Shown piece after piece: positions 34,495 through 46,608 of a stretch of 64,000 nucleotides of DNA (its first letter is position 1; every line of letters begins with the position of its first letter). The DNA comes from Marsupella aquatica (taxonomy: Eukaryota > Plantae > Marchantiophyta), in the NCBI GenBank assembly GCA_973895155.1, contig OZ316897.1, positions 22,605,455 through 22,669,454 of the forward strand, written 5' to 3'. A program made the translations under genes and the position numbers. The notes under the pieces were generated by a model. It was not told the DNA's origin. It saw only the letters and a program-made list of their open reading frames with translations, and ran no database searches.

Positions 34495-35706
34495 ATGGAG
34501 GGATTCATACCCACTCTGTTGGGCCTCTTGCTGACTTTTAGTCTAATCATGAAGGGCATAAAAACCGATTCCCTGGCAGAGACCACAATATTAGATGCCG
34601 CCGATGTCCGAGATGAGGAGCCGAAGGTTGAACCTCGTCCAGTCTTTCGTCTTGGTCCTGTCATCACGGATTGGGATGAGCAGCGGGCCGAATGGCTGGA
34701 GGAGAACCCAGGGATGAATCTCAACCGGTATGGAAAGCCTAAGATGCTTCTCGTTACATCTTCATGGACAGACCCTTGCCCCAGTCCGAAGGGCGACTAC
34801 TATCTTCTCAAAGGGATGAAAAACAAGGTAGATTACACCCGCCTGCATGACATTGAGTTCTATTACAATATGGCGGTCATGGACCCGTCGATGACAGGTT
34901 TCTTCATCAAGCATCCCGTCGTGAGGAAGCTCATGCTGGCCCACCCAGAAGTGGAGTGGATTTGGTGGATGGACAGCGACGCCTTCTTCACGGACTTGAG
35001 TTTCGAAATCCCCTTCGAAAGATACGAGAACCACAATTTGGTCGTGCATGGGTGGGATGGGGCAATCTACGACGATAAGAACTGGGTTGGGCTAAATGCA
35101 GGCATCTTCCTGATGCGCAACTGTCAATGGTCTCTCACCATGTTGGACACGTGGGCTGCTATGGGCGAAGATTATGACGATCATAGGCAACAAATGGGGA
35201 CCCTTACTTCAAAGGTTCTCGTTGGCAGACCGGATTTCGGCATCGATGACCAGACTGCTCTCGTCTACCTTCTAGTCACATCTCAATCGGATGAAATCAA
35301 ATCCAAAGTGTTCCTCGAGAGCTCTTATCATTTGCATGGGTATTGGATTTGGGCAATGGAAGCGCATGATGAAATCGTCAAGGAGTGGCCGAAAAGAGTT
35401 GCAGGACAGGAGTATTGGCCTTTCATTACGCACTTCACGGGTTGCAAGTCCTGCACGGGTGCTTATGGTTCCTACGATTTGGACCTATGCCTCACGGAGA
35501 TGGAGCGAGCATTCAACGTTGCTGACAATCAAATGCTTCACATTTTCGGTTTTCAGCATGAGGATCTGACCTCTCCCGCGGTCAAGCGAACGAGACAAGA
35601 CTGGCACCGCCCTCTGGATGTCTTCCCGGTGGATGCATTGGACTTTCTCCGTAAACATCCATGGGGCGAGTCGTCGTACGCAGTCCCGTCAGGTACTGAT
35701 ACGTAG
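34495..35706 (+). CDS. GT34 glycosyltransferase copy 3 (compact and divergent; 403 aa)
   Basis: N-terminal hydrophobic segment, then LGPVITDWDEQR, KNKVDY, WWMDSDAFFTD, LNAGIFLMRNCQWS, IDDQTA, YHLHGYW, THFTGCKSC, AFNVADNQ. AG acceptors just upstream (34473, 34487) mean an extra 5' exon is possible. Confidence 0.92.
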   Translation: MEGFIPTLLGLLLTFSLIMKGIKTDSLAETTILDAADVRDEEPKVEPRPVFRLGPVITDWDEQRAEWLEENPGMNLNRYGKPKMLLVTSSWTDPCPSPKGDYYLLKGMKNKVDYTRLHDIEFYYNMAVMDPSMTGFFIKHPVVRKLMLAHPEVEWIWWMDSDAFFTDLSFEIPFERYENHNLVVHGWDGAIYDDKNWVGLNAGIFLMRNCQWSLTMLDTWAAMGEDYDDHRQQMGTLTSKVLVGRPDFGIDDQTALVYLLVTSQSDEIKSKVFLESSYHLHGYWIWAMEAHDEIVKEWPKRVAGQEYWPFITHFTGCKSCTGAYGSYDLDLCLTEMERAFNVADNQMLHIFGFQHEDLTSPAVKRTRQDWHRPLDVFPVDALDFLRKHPWGESSYAVPSGTDT

Positions 35707-36879
35707 AATTGACTTGGGCACCCATACTTCCCTACAATTCTCTCTGAGCCCGTTGGAATTGACCGAGTTCAATGAGCTCAGGTTGACCTGGTGGGTACAT
35801 GCAATCAAGTCCTACAAGTACCAATTCCACCACCGACCGCTTACAAGGTAACGGTTGGATAAGCTCTTACTCAGCTGATTTGCAACGATTCATGCATGAC
35901 GCAATTTAAGTATATGCCAGGATTTGGAGGGTGAATGTAACTGCGCATACCGTAGGATGACGTCCAGGCATGCACTCAGTACTGAGGTCGTGGTTCTAGA
36001 ATTCTTTTCCGTCACTCATTATGTATCTTTCATTTGATCAGCTTGGAGTGAGGCAATCTGGCTGGAAAATGTGGGGATTAGATCAAATATTTCGATAGGA
36101 AATTTCACGCACCAATCATGTTGAGAAACCTGTGGCTAGCAAGATCGCCATAGCAGCACATCTTCAAGAAAAATGTCTAGGTCGGGTCCGAAATTTAGAC
36201 TTGAGGTAATCGAAATGGTATAACAGAGGAAACGATGATACATTTGGAAAATGGTCAGACTAGTATCAGAAAAGAAATGAATTAGGTGAGGAATCCAATT
36301 ACTTTGAGAAAACGTACTGAACATGTATGCCGCTATGGTTTCTTATGCAGCAGATGCGCTGTTGTAGAATATACAGATTCTTCCTCATTGCATTCTGAGT
36401 TTGGTAGCAGGATTGAGTGGCAAGATCATGTCACCGGCTGAAAAGACCATCACTCGGTCCAACAATATGGCTGAGGGAACTGTGACATACCTACATGCCA
36501 TAGATTCTATCATCAATTGTGGACAGAGTAATGGATGTCGATTCCTCTACACACTGTGATTTGAAGTAGACGAAATTTCCTGTCAACGAAGATCCTTATG
36601 TAGTAATTATGTCGCAAGTTGTAGGAGCATCTAGTGCGTAACTAGAGTATTACCATAGCTCCCGGACATTGTATGAGCTCTAGCTCTCAATGGATGCACA
36701 AATGTCAATAGTTGCATTGATGACACAAGCTTTGTCTAATATGGAGCGTACCCTGAAGAGAGCTGAGAGCTTGAGCTGGGGGCAATTTTGTCAGAAGCTA
36801 CGACAAGGTTTTTCTTCTACACTCAGAAATTTTGAGATTGTCCTCTTTGAGCTTCGCTCAATCCTAAGTATGTCTCATT

Positions 36880-37430
36880 CTACTGACCTGCCTAACACGG
36901 TTCCTGTCCAAATTGAAGAAGCGCCTTCGGTAAACTTTGGCTGTCAATTCGAATGTCCGTTTATCGGAGAGGCCTCCATCCACCCACCTTCAGGATCAAT
37001 TCTGCCATTCTCTAAGAGTAGAGTATGACGGAATTTAACCTTCTCACCTTAAACAGTTCCAAAAGAATACAGTGGTTTCAATGAACTTTGGCTGTCAGTT
37101 CAAATGTCCCTTTATCGGAGACACCTCCATCCACCCACCTTCGACATCAATTCTGCCATTCTCTGAGAGTAGAGTACGACCGAATCAATTTTCCGCCTTT
37201 GTTAATTGTTATGGCCTTGCTCTGACCGAATTCCTCCTGGAGTCCTCGCTCACGTACTCCCTAAGAAGAAAGCCAGTGGTCTAGGCTCTGTCAAGCTTGT
37301 CTCTCGTGTACTGAATTTAACCTTTCTACCTAGAACGATTCCTGACGAGTGACGACGCCCCTTAAGTAAATTGTGACTGTCAGATCGAATGTCCCTTTAT
37401 TGGACACCCCTCCATCCACCGACCTTCAAG
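36880..37430 (+). repeat. Three diverged copies of an about 150-bp unit
   Basis: CTGTCA..TC.AATGTCC.TTTAT.GGA...CCTCCATCCACC.ACCTTC at about 36940, 37092 and 37377. Confidence 0.8.
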
Positions 37431-37589
37431 TTTCAACCACATTAACACAAATTCATGTGCGTGTAAATAATTTTAGTACAAAATTAGTGTGAGTAAGTAA
37501 TCTCGAAAATGGGTGCTCTAGTCACATTAATTATGGTGAACAGTGGACTAGGTTTGTCATGGTATGAAGTGACATAGTATAGTTACATT

Positions 37590-37980
37590 ATCCCCAAAAG
37601 ATGTTGAGGCGAGGAAAAAATGTTATGCTGAAAAAAGATGTCAATGACAAAAAAAGAAATTGAGATGAAAAAAAGATGTTGAGGTGAGGAAAGGGTGTTG
37701 AGATGAAAAAATATGTCGATGGGAGAAAAAGAAGTCGAGGTGAAGAAAAGTTGTTGGGGAGAGAAATGATGACGAAGTGAGAAAAAGATGTTAAAATGAG
37801 GGAAATATGTTGAGGAAAGAAGTGTTGAACATGAGGGAAAGATGTCGCAAGATGTCGCAGTGAGATAAAGATGTCAAGGGGAGAAAATATGTCAAGTGAG
37901 GAAAAAATGTCATCGTGAGGTAAAGATGTGAATGTGAGAAAAATGACGAAATGAGAAAAAGATGTTGAAAAGCAATACAT
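37590..37980 (+). repeat. Purine-rich degenerate short tandem array
   Basis: Recurrent GAAAAA(A)GATGT(T/C)GA-like units about every 19 bp. Confidence 0.7.
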
Positions 37981-39307
37981 ATGTAAAGATTACAAAAATA
38001 TCTGCAAGTGAAAAAAGATGCTAAGGAGACATATAAAAGAGCTTTGCCATGTAATTGTTGGTATTGGTGCAATTCTGGCCATACAATTGTTGTGGTTGTG
38101 TTCTGTAACTCGTGTTGGACATAAAAATTGGAGAAGCGAGATAGCGACCACCGCATCATAGAATCTAACTGAGTGACAGGAAAAAATGTGTTTTTTAATT
38201 AAAGTTTTCAATGTGTAGAGAAATAAGCATTTTTTGTGCTTTATTTACATTCCATTTAAAAATAATAAAAATTGTATCCCCATTTTTCTAAATTTAGAGT
38301 TAAGTTATTATCTTGGGTAGGTGCAGGCACGCTAAATTGGAGTTAGGGTAGACATTTATTTGAAATGGTGTGTATGGACAGATCTGATAGTGTAAAAAAA
38401 CAATATTTTGATAAAGATCTAAGATTGATTCCCATTTTTTTATAAGTTTGGAAAAGAACTATTTCATCTTCTTGCTAGAATAGGGTATTATATGGGAGAC
38501 ACTCCTTTCACCCTATCATTACATCAAAGATACATTAAAAGGGAAAATCAAATTTTAGTTTTTTGAGAAAGAACAAAAAAACAAAACTGCAAAATTCACT
38601 TCCCACTAATAAATATATTGTTCAAAATTATATAAACCCGTTTAGCTGGAGAGTATTTCTAATTATACATCTATTTCCTTCCAATAACACAAATTACTTT
38701 CGCATCTAATGATTGCATAGACTATTATATATTCATATGTGACCCAAAATTATGCTGTGGTATTTGCTAGGTGTTCACTCACAATTATTATCACCTAGTT
38801 ATATACCACGGTACCTTATCGTCTTGTTTGCTTTGGTTACACTCATTTGTAACTGGTCAAAGGTGGGAATAAAGGATAACATAAATCCAATGGTGAGCCA
38901 ATGTTCCCACCAAATCTCATTTTGTAAAGAGACGATTGACGACTTTTGGCGGGATCCAGTATTATATATGTAGATTGTCACATTAAATTGATGTGCAATA
39001 AATTAAACTAAATAATCAGGTTTATTATGGTATACAGTTACACAACATAGATATATTGTCAGTCACATTCTGATGTCAATTAACTTGAAATTTTCTTTTA
39101 AGGTCAGGAGCAAGTAGCCACTCTGACTATTTCACATTTGCTTGCCTAAGAAGAGATGGCTACCTGATGGACTTGTGGCCGAGGAGGGGAAAGTTTGAAA
39201 ATTAAATTATATGTTTAGTGGACCCCCAAACCAAATGCCTTCACAACCAGTTACCCCATGAGTTTTTGGGTGTGTTAAGTGATGTTAGCTCTATCAATGG
39301 TCTGGAT

Positions 39308-39656
39308 TGTTGAGCATAGATGACATTCGTAACGGCAAGCCCATGAACCATCCAACGCACAAGAGTCGACACAGAGAGATACGTGGTTCATCTCCACATG
39401 AGGCTACGTCCACGGGAACACACAAAAGCTTTACTGCACTCTAGGCCGAACGGCCATACCAAACATCCACAAACACTTGTAAGCTCTCCCTATCTCTCAA
39501 CTAGCTCCGTAACAATGAGCCTAAGTCCCACCAGGGGATGGCATTAGCCCTGGCTATATGCACAACAGCACTACCGCTAACATTAGCTAAGTCCTAACCT
39601 GAGTTAGACTAACTGTGGTTAGCTCATGAGTCACAAGACTAGAGCAATATCTAACA
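39308..39656 (-). repeat. 3' LTR (349 bp)
   Basis: TGTTGAGCATAG...GCAATATCTAACA on the + strand. The adjacent degenerate PPT reads GGGGAGTT on the minus strand (39657-39664). Confidence 0.95.
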
Positions 39657-39881
39657 AACTCCCCAGGCTTGACTCTTGTCTTGGGGACTAGACTAAATGC
39701 TACCATATGAAATTTTCAACGGGAAGTTCTAGACAATCACCAAACCAGGTCTCCCCCTAAAAACCACAAGGGTTAACTAAGGGTTAATTAGAACTAAGCC
39801 GTAGCCAAACAGGAATGAGTAATCCATATAAAAATAGTCACACATTGCTAAATAACTCTACTTGCACTACAACTGCAAAAC

Positions 39882-40115
39882 CTACAAAGTAGCACGGTGT
39901 CTTGAGAAACTCTCCAAATGAATCACTTTGATAAAAGCATCAGCGGGATTGAGCTTTCCATCAATCTTGACTAGCTCAAAAGTTTTATCAGACACTGCTT
40001 GCCTGATAAAATGGTACCTGATATCAATGTGCTTCACCCTGCTATCCATCACCTGGTTAGCAGCCAAGTGAATAGCACTCTGACTATCACAGTTTAGAGT
40101 CATTTTGCCATGCTC
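39882..40115 (-). pseudogene. copia RNase H, C-terminal half only
   Basis: CDSQSAIHLA...RVKHIDIRYHFIR...NPADAF. Confidence 0.92.
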
Positions 40116-40136
40116 TATACTTATGAGCCAATGAGC

Positions 40137-41617
40137 TTATGAGTCTGCCCATTGACCATACCTGGTAGGAGCTCTAGTAGAACGACTGGAAGTTCTTCTA
40201 GTAGATGACTCAGGCTGATCTATTGCTGCTGCTAGCTGAATTTGAGGTACCCCAGCAACAATCTGCTCCTCTTGTTCCATCACAGGAACCAGCTCCAAGC
40301 CTAGAGCTTCTTCATCTCTCTTGTCATGAACTGCATCATGACTAATCTCCCCCTCAACCCGGTCCAAAATGGGAGATTTCCCCTTGTCAGTATGGGAGTC
40401 CTGAGAACTCTCCCCCTCCTTTGATGATCTGGATTCATTAAAGAACACATCTCTACTGACAATTAATTTATAGGTTACTGGATCTTATAACCTATAACCC
40501 TTCACACCTTTCTGATAGCCAAGGAAAATGCACTTCTTCTACTTGGACTCCAGCTTGGATCGAAGTTGGGAAGGTGTAAGTACATAAGCATCACATCCAA
40601 AAATCCTCAGATGTGAGTAATCTGTTGGACGCCCGTACCTCATTTCAAATGGCGTCTTGAATCCAATAGAACTGGATGGAGAAAAATTTACCAAATAAGC
40701 TGCAGTGTTTATAGCTTCAGCCCAAAACTCATGTGGTAAGCATGATTGACTCAACATACTCCTCGAGCGGTCCAATAGTGTTCGGTTGAGTCTCTCAAAA
40801 ACACCATTCTGCTGAGGAGTATAACTTGTTGTGAGATGGCGGGTGATCCCTTGCTCCTTACAATACGTCTCAAATTCCCCGGAACTGTATTTATCGTCGT
40901 TATCCGATCGAAGATATCTCACCTTATTACCAGTCTAATTCTCTACTTGGGCTTTCCACTCCTTAAAAGTGGCAAAAATATCAGACTTATTGTGTAGAAA
41001 GTATATCCATACATACCTTGAGTAATTGTCTATGAACGTGACATAGTATAACCGTCCAGAATGTGAGGGAGTAGGGGCTGGACCCCACACATCACTATGT
41101 ACATACTCAAGTACCTCCTTGCTGGTGTGAGTTCCAACTCCGAAGGGTTTCTTGTGCTGCTTCCCAAGCACATAGTGCTAACAAAATTCCAACTTACAAG
41201 ATTGCAAATTAGAAAGTAATCCTTTCTTTTGAAGAATAACCAAACCCTTTTCACTCATGTGGCCCAAATAGAAGTGCCACAGCCGAGCCGTCTCCTCATG
41301 AGACAAGGTTACATTGGCTTCATCACAGACTACACTGCCCTCCAAAACGTATAGATTATTATGTCTCTTTCCCTTCAATACAACTTTAGTACCAGTTGAA
41401 ACCTGAAAGATACCATTAGCGTAACTCCACTGATGGCCATTCGCTTCTAAAACACCAGTGAAATGAGATTTTTCATCATGTTGGGAAAATGTCTCACATT
41501 CCTCAACGTTCTCACAGCACCATCAAACATCTGAAGTCTAACAGATCCAAGTCTAACCACTTGACATGGAATTCCATTTCCCATCAACACTGACCCGTCG
41601 GAAACCATGTAAGAACT
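40137..41617 (-). pseudogene. copia protease C-terminal part, GAG-pre-integrase and integrase (disrupted)
   Basis: GSVLMGNG, NNLYVLEGS, LWHFYLGHMSEKG, LEYVHSDVWGP, LRSDN, TPQQNGVFERLNRTL, FWAEAINTAAYLVN, HLRIFGCDAY. Confidence 0.92.
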
Positions 41618-43105
41618 AGTCGCGGAACTTGACTACCTTAACACTTAGCTCCGGCGTCGCTGACTCCGACGCCGAGCTCCCTTATGGTCCAGGCCCGGAT
41701 AGGCCATCCAGGGAGGACTTAGTATGGGGAGACTTGTGGGCAACGAGACATGGCACTGGCGAGGCAAGGGGCCAAGCTGGGGACACACACTAAGGACTTG
41801 GACTAGCCTATGGCTGGTCGGGTCAAAGAGAAATGGGTCGGGCTCAAGGATGGCCGTCCGGACCGTCAGATGGACTTTGAGTTCTGAGGGCTTGGGAGTG
41901 AGCTCCTCTGGGGCCCAACGCCGATGGAGTTGACGTCATTGGCAACGGACGCTTGGGGCGCAAGTTGTGGCCCGATCTGGGTTGGGCTGGTCGGGGGCCC
42001 CGAGCGACGATCAGACCTGAGGGCCTAGGCATGAGCACTGGGTCGGCCCGGTCACAACGGGCTAAGGCACTCCGCTTGCGTGTGCCTATCAAGAAAGTTA
42101 TGGGCGTTGCCAATTGGTGGCGCGCCCATTATGCGCGATGGGATCCGGGTTGGGGGCCAAATGCTTAGAGACCAAAGCTGGTCCGGGGGTGGCAGGTCTC
42201 CATAAGCATATATGAGGGGAGTGGTGTCTCCCTGGGGGCTAAGGCTGAAGTCGTGAGCCGCGGCGGTCGCGACACTAAGGGAAACCGCCAAACGAAAATG
42301 ACGATATCTTCCCAATAGGAAGTCCGTTGGAGGACTTCTTGGGTGCGTTGGAAAGCTCTTGAGGATGGCTACGTCCTTCTGAGCTCAGCTGGATCTGGGG
42401 GTGTTGTGGGTTCTTGTGGTTTGCGGGTGTTCGCTCGCCCACTTGCCAAATCCTGCCAAACAGCAGCCAAGCTGCGTTCAGTCTCCCAAGGGAGCTTGCA
42501 TTGGGGAGGCAAGGCCAAGTAGGTGTGGAGGTTGAGTCCCAAGGGTGCTCGGCCCCTAGACCACCAATGGGGCAAACCAGGAGCGGGTGCTAGAGTCAGG
42601 GCCGTTATGATCCCCGCATGTTGGGACAAGCTTAGGACAAGCTTTGGGACAAGCTACGCTACTTGGGCCATGAGCATTCCTGGGGTCAGGGCGGTCAATT
42701 GGTGATGGATAGGTACGAGGGGGAACCCGGGCTGCGCCCAAGGAAGGAGCTATTATGGACAAACAGTGGGCGTGGGTTTTGGTTCCGGCTTATGGCGTTG
42801 GGAGGACCTATCGCTGACCTATTTACCGACGTCTGTTGAGCTTGAGTTAGGATGCTAGACTTGGTGAGTTCTAGATCTTGAGGGGTTACTTACCGAGGTG
42901 TTGGGTTGCTTGTGCAGACAGTGAGGATTGTTGAGTAGCGGTCGTGTAGGTGAGCAAGTGCGGCTTCGTATGGGAGGGGCCGCTGGTGGTGCAAGAGGCA
43001 CTTGGGTGCTTGCTCGAGGTATTTTGTGGAGGCGTTCGGACACCAAGGGCACTTAGGCGTGAGTGCTGGGATTGGTGAGGGCGTTGGGTGGCAAGGTCCA
43101 CAACT
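41618..43105. mobile_element. 1488-bp GC-rich element nested in the copia protease (solo-LTR-like or non-autonomous TIR element)
   Basis: Removing it plus one flank copy restores ILDSACTFHICSRRDFFSSYMVSDGSVLMGNG. Ends AGTCGCGGAAC...GGTCCACAACT are imperfect inverted repeats. Flanks GAACT / AAACT. Confidence 0.85.
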
Positions 43106-43212
43106 AAACTGAAAAAATCTCTCCTAGAGCAAATGTGAAAAGTACATGCACTATCTAGAATTCAGTCCTCACTACCTAGATTTGACACTACGTTGAGAGC
43201 ATAACCTTGGCA

Positions 43213-44267
43213 TCATAATATGTCATCATCATCAAGTAAATCTACCTCATGCAAACTCGATGCCGTGTTAGCAAATGCAGTAGGGACCTTTACTCGACAA
43301 TCCCTTTTCATGTGGCCAGGCTTGCCACAATTCCAACATGCAAGAGGCTTCCTCTCTTGCAATTTCCCTCTGGATTTAGATCTCCCCCGTGATGTAGATC
43401 TAAACCTATTTTGCCCATTTGAGCGTTGCGTTGCTCTCCCTCGGTTCACGTTTAGTGCAGTGCCAGAAGAAGATGCTGTCTGTGATTGACCCAGCTTCTT
43501 TTGAGCATCATCAGACAGTAAAGAGCTCACCACCTCATTATACGAAATGGACTTCAGATCTCTGTACAAGAGCACCTATTTCAAGCCTGATATGACAGCG
43601 GTAAGGAGCTTAGCAGAAGCAAGGCCTTATCTTCATCTTTGACTCCTTTACCCAGGTTTGACAGATCCACCGCTAGACTATCAAACTCATCCAGGTGATC
43701 CTGCATCTTGCTCCCTTCCTTGAGCCTGAGGTTCATCAAGAGAGACTTCTTGTACAGCCGGTCTGACGCATCTTCCTGGTAGTACTTCTCTCTTAGAGCC
43801 TTGAACAGTGACGCGCAATCCGCATAATCATCCAGCTACTTGAAGATGTGCGGTTTGAGGTATAGCATCACTGCATTGATAGCAATCACCTGCTCTTATC
43901 TCCACTGCTTCACAAAAATCTCCTCCTCTCCATCATACTGCTCTCGCAAAGAAAGCAGATGAGCTAAGCCCATGGCCCAAAGGACACCCTTCACTTGCTT
44001 CTCCCATAGCAAGTAGTCAGTATGACCATTGTACTTCTCCATCTCAAACTTTACTCCTCCAAATCTTTCCATCTCTCTCTTCTTCCCCACTACCAACAGC
44101 TCTGGTAGTAACAAAGCTTCCTCCACTGCACGCCGCACTAGTGATCGTACCGGTGATACTAGTTCCTCCTCAAACGGTAGCAGCTTCTCCTCAGATACTC
44201 TGTCTGATTGTCGCAATCGTGAAGCTCCACCAATGCCAATTCTTCCAGTATCCTCCGAGTCACTCAT
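43213..44267 (-). pseudogene. copia gag with zinc knuckle (disrupted)
   Basis: VKFEMEKYNGHTDYLLWEKQVKGVL, then CWNCGKPGHMKRDC (CCHC). Internal stops and frameshifts. Confidence 0.9.
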
Positions 44268-44754
44268 ATGAAATAATCATGGAAAAACGTCTTTTTTTGA
44301 AACTTCTCATAAAACTCAAAACTCAACACCGCCGCATAGCCCACAAAGCCAGGAGTCCAATACTGAATGCCAAAATCAAAATCAAAATTCGACGGAAAAG
44401 TTATTCAAATTTTGGTTGGGGTGGGTAAAACCTTGAGAAACTCCCCCGTTTTGACCACCTTGAAGAATAACCAAAATACCCAATACAACCCGTCGTTAGA
44501 ATTGCGATATGATCGGTGCACCGCGTTGCTAACTCCAGTGGCAACATCCTCGCCGAAAAAGAACCAAAAAAGTTATCGTTCGGCGGACGGAATCTTTGTC
44601 GGACAACAGAAAAACAGCTCTCTATTTTTTGGGAATATTCCCGCATAGTCTGACAGGTCTCACAGGGGGGCGTTCCCCCTGTCCAAGCGGTTAAAACAAA
44701 GGGCGGCAGGTCCCGGCATTCAAGGAGAACAAAAGGAAGGAAAAACGGTTAAAA

Positions 44755-45550
44755 ATAGGCCCTTAAAGGGGGTGTTTAAGACCCTTAAGCAAAAAATACA
44801 AGTATAAGAAAAAAGGCGCATCCGCGTAGCCTAGATGCAAGGTGGGCCAGGGAGTATACGCGTATCGGGCCGGGCGTTTACAAGGCGTATGGCCGGGCAT
44901 ACACCTAAGGCAGGGAGCTCGGGGGTTGACTATCACAAATCTTAGAAACCACGTGCGATCCAAAATAGGTATTTTTGATAGAAATTAACTAAATTTTTAA
45001 AAAGCGTATGAGGCAAAAGAAGGTATTATAAACTCATGTTTATGGAATATTCTCTAATGTATACCTTTTATAAAGTAAAATAGGTTATTAATATTGAAAA
45101 TAGAGAATATTCTTAGAATATTTTCTTTATAAAATAGACCTATTTATATTAGGCTAGGATCGCACGTGGTACCCCAAAATATACACTTAGTTAACCCCCC
45201 GAGGCAGAGAGTAAACACGAGGAGGGCGAGGGCAGGGTGACCGGCGGCCGCAACCGCATCGCGCAAAGGAGGAAAACAAAGGGGTCGGCGCGGGGCCCGA
45301 CTGAAAGAGCCGGAAGGGCGGGGGTGGGGTGAGGCATTCGGCAGCTCAGCTGGGCGCGGAGGGCAGGGACGGCCGGGGCATGGCAGGACTCGGCCGGGGT
45401 GCACGTCGGTCGGCGTTGCGTCAGGCGCCATGCGCCTGAAAAGATGGTCGCGGGTGGGGGAAAAGGTACGCGGGGTAACGGGGGGCCGGATACGAGGTGT
45501 ATACACCTTGTATGAGCACTAAAAGGGGCCCAAATAACCCCCTTAATGGC
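44755..45550. repeat. Long imperfect foldback in the copia 5' leader
   Basis: Nested complementary pairs at 44918-44932 / 45188-45203, 44948-44961 / 45157-45170 (perfect 14 bp) and 45045-45056 / 45101-45112 (perfect 12 bp). Weaker outer pairs at about 44855/45500 and 44760/45545. Confidence 0.7.
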
Positions 45551-46249
45551 AAAAAATGACCCTTAATGAACAAATGTCGATTACTCACCTAATCAGCTGT
45601 TGTTTCTCATGAGAAAAGTCAACGCCGCCGACGGGAAATGTTGCCAAATTGCATCGGCACAATCTGCAGCTCCAGCAAAGTAAAAAATTTCCGCCGTGTC
45701 GCCTTCACTCCGCGTCAAGTGTCAATCCCGGGCTCAAAACAACCACTTTGCAGCGATCAAACCGTTGAGCCGTGGCACTTTGCGTTTCTTCCTCCGAGTC
45801 AAGCGTCACGATGAGTAATCCGGTTTAGGGGAAAACAAACACCATAGCTTGTCAAAAAACCAGAACTCAACTTTCACTCGTCACGACGCACTCACTCCAC
45901 AAACGCCAGCAAACCAGGTACCAAAATGACCAGCTCGCTTCAACCTTCAACTTGAGCTATAACATGCGACGCCTCCCCCACCGCACAGCTCACACCGTTG
46001 AAAAAACAATCTCTGGTCTCTCCCCCAAAATACCGTCGAACACGAATAAACCCTGAATGATACAACTTCAATTCCTCCGCACCACAGATACCGATCAGCA
46101 AGTTCTAACCACCGTTAGAACGCCCTCTCACTAACCTATCCGCTCAGCCACACACATTCGAGTTTCATGCGATGAAACTCCAAATGTACCATCGACAATG
46201 AACGCTGGAATAAACCTGTCACGAAAAAACCTCGTCACCTCCCAGGCAT

Positions 46250-46261
46250 GCTCTGATACCA
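46250..46261 (-). promoter_or_regulatory. Primer binding site, tRNA-iMet type
   Basis: Minus strand TGGTATCAGAGC, 2 nt inside the 5' LTR. Confidence 0.92.
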
Positions 46262-46263
46262 CT

Positions 46264-46608
46264 TGTTGAGCATAGACGACATTCGTAACGGCAAGCCCAT
46301 GAACCATTCAATGCACAAGAGTCGACACAGAGAGATACGTGGTTCACCTCCACATGTTGCTATGTTCACGGGAACACACAAGAGCTTTACTGCACTCTAG
46401 GCCGAACGGCCATATCAAACATCCACAGCACAAGCTCTCCCTATCTCTCAACTAGCTCCGTAACAATGAGCCTAAGTTCCACCCAGGGTCTGGCATCAGC
46501 CCTGGCTATATGCACAACAGCACTACCGCTAACATTAGCTAAGTCTTAACTCAAGTTAGATTAATTGTGGTTAGCTCATGAGTCACAAGACTAGAGCAAT
46601 ATCTAACA
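46264..46608 (-). repeat. 5' LTR (345 bp)
   Basis: Same termini as the 3' LTR. A manual count gives roughly 20-25 substitutions and two small indels between the LTRs. Confidence 0.95.

Larger units (their letters stand above)
39308..46608 (-). mobile_element. Ty1/copia LTR retrotransposon with both LTRs, decayed and RT-deleted
   Basis: TG...CA LTRs at 39308-39656 and 46264-46608. Perfect 5-bp TSD TGGAT (39303-39307 / 46609-46613). PBS present. Order is gag-protease-integrase-RNaseH, with many stops and frameshifts. Confidence 0.97.

Noticed and set aside
37588-38211. Phe/Ser-rich ORFs resembling membrane proteins
   Set aside because: Translations of a low-complexity purine-rich repeat.
41724-43101. 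Many short Pro/Arg/Gly-rich ORFs in the nested element (and 45144-45506)
   Set aside because: Expected in GC-rich, stop-poor DNA; no recognisable domain.
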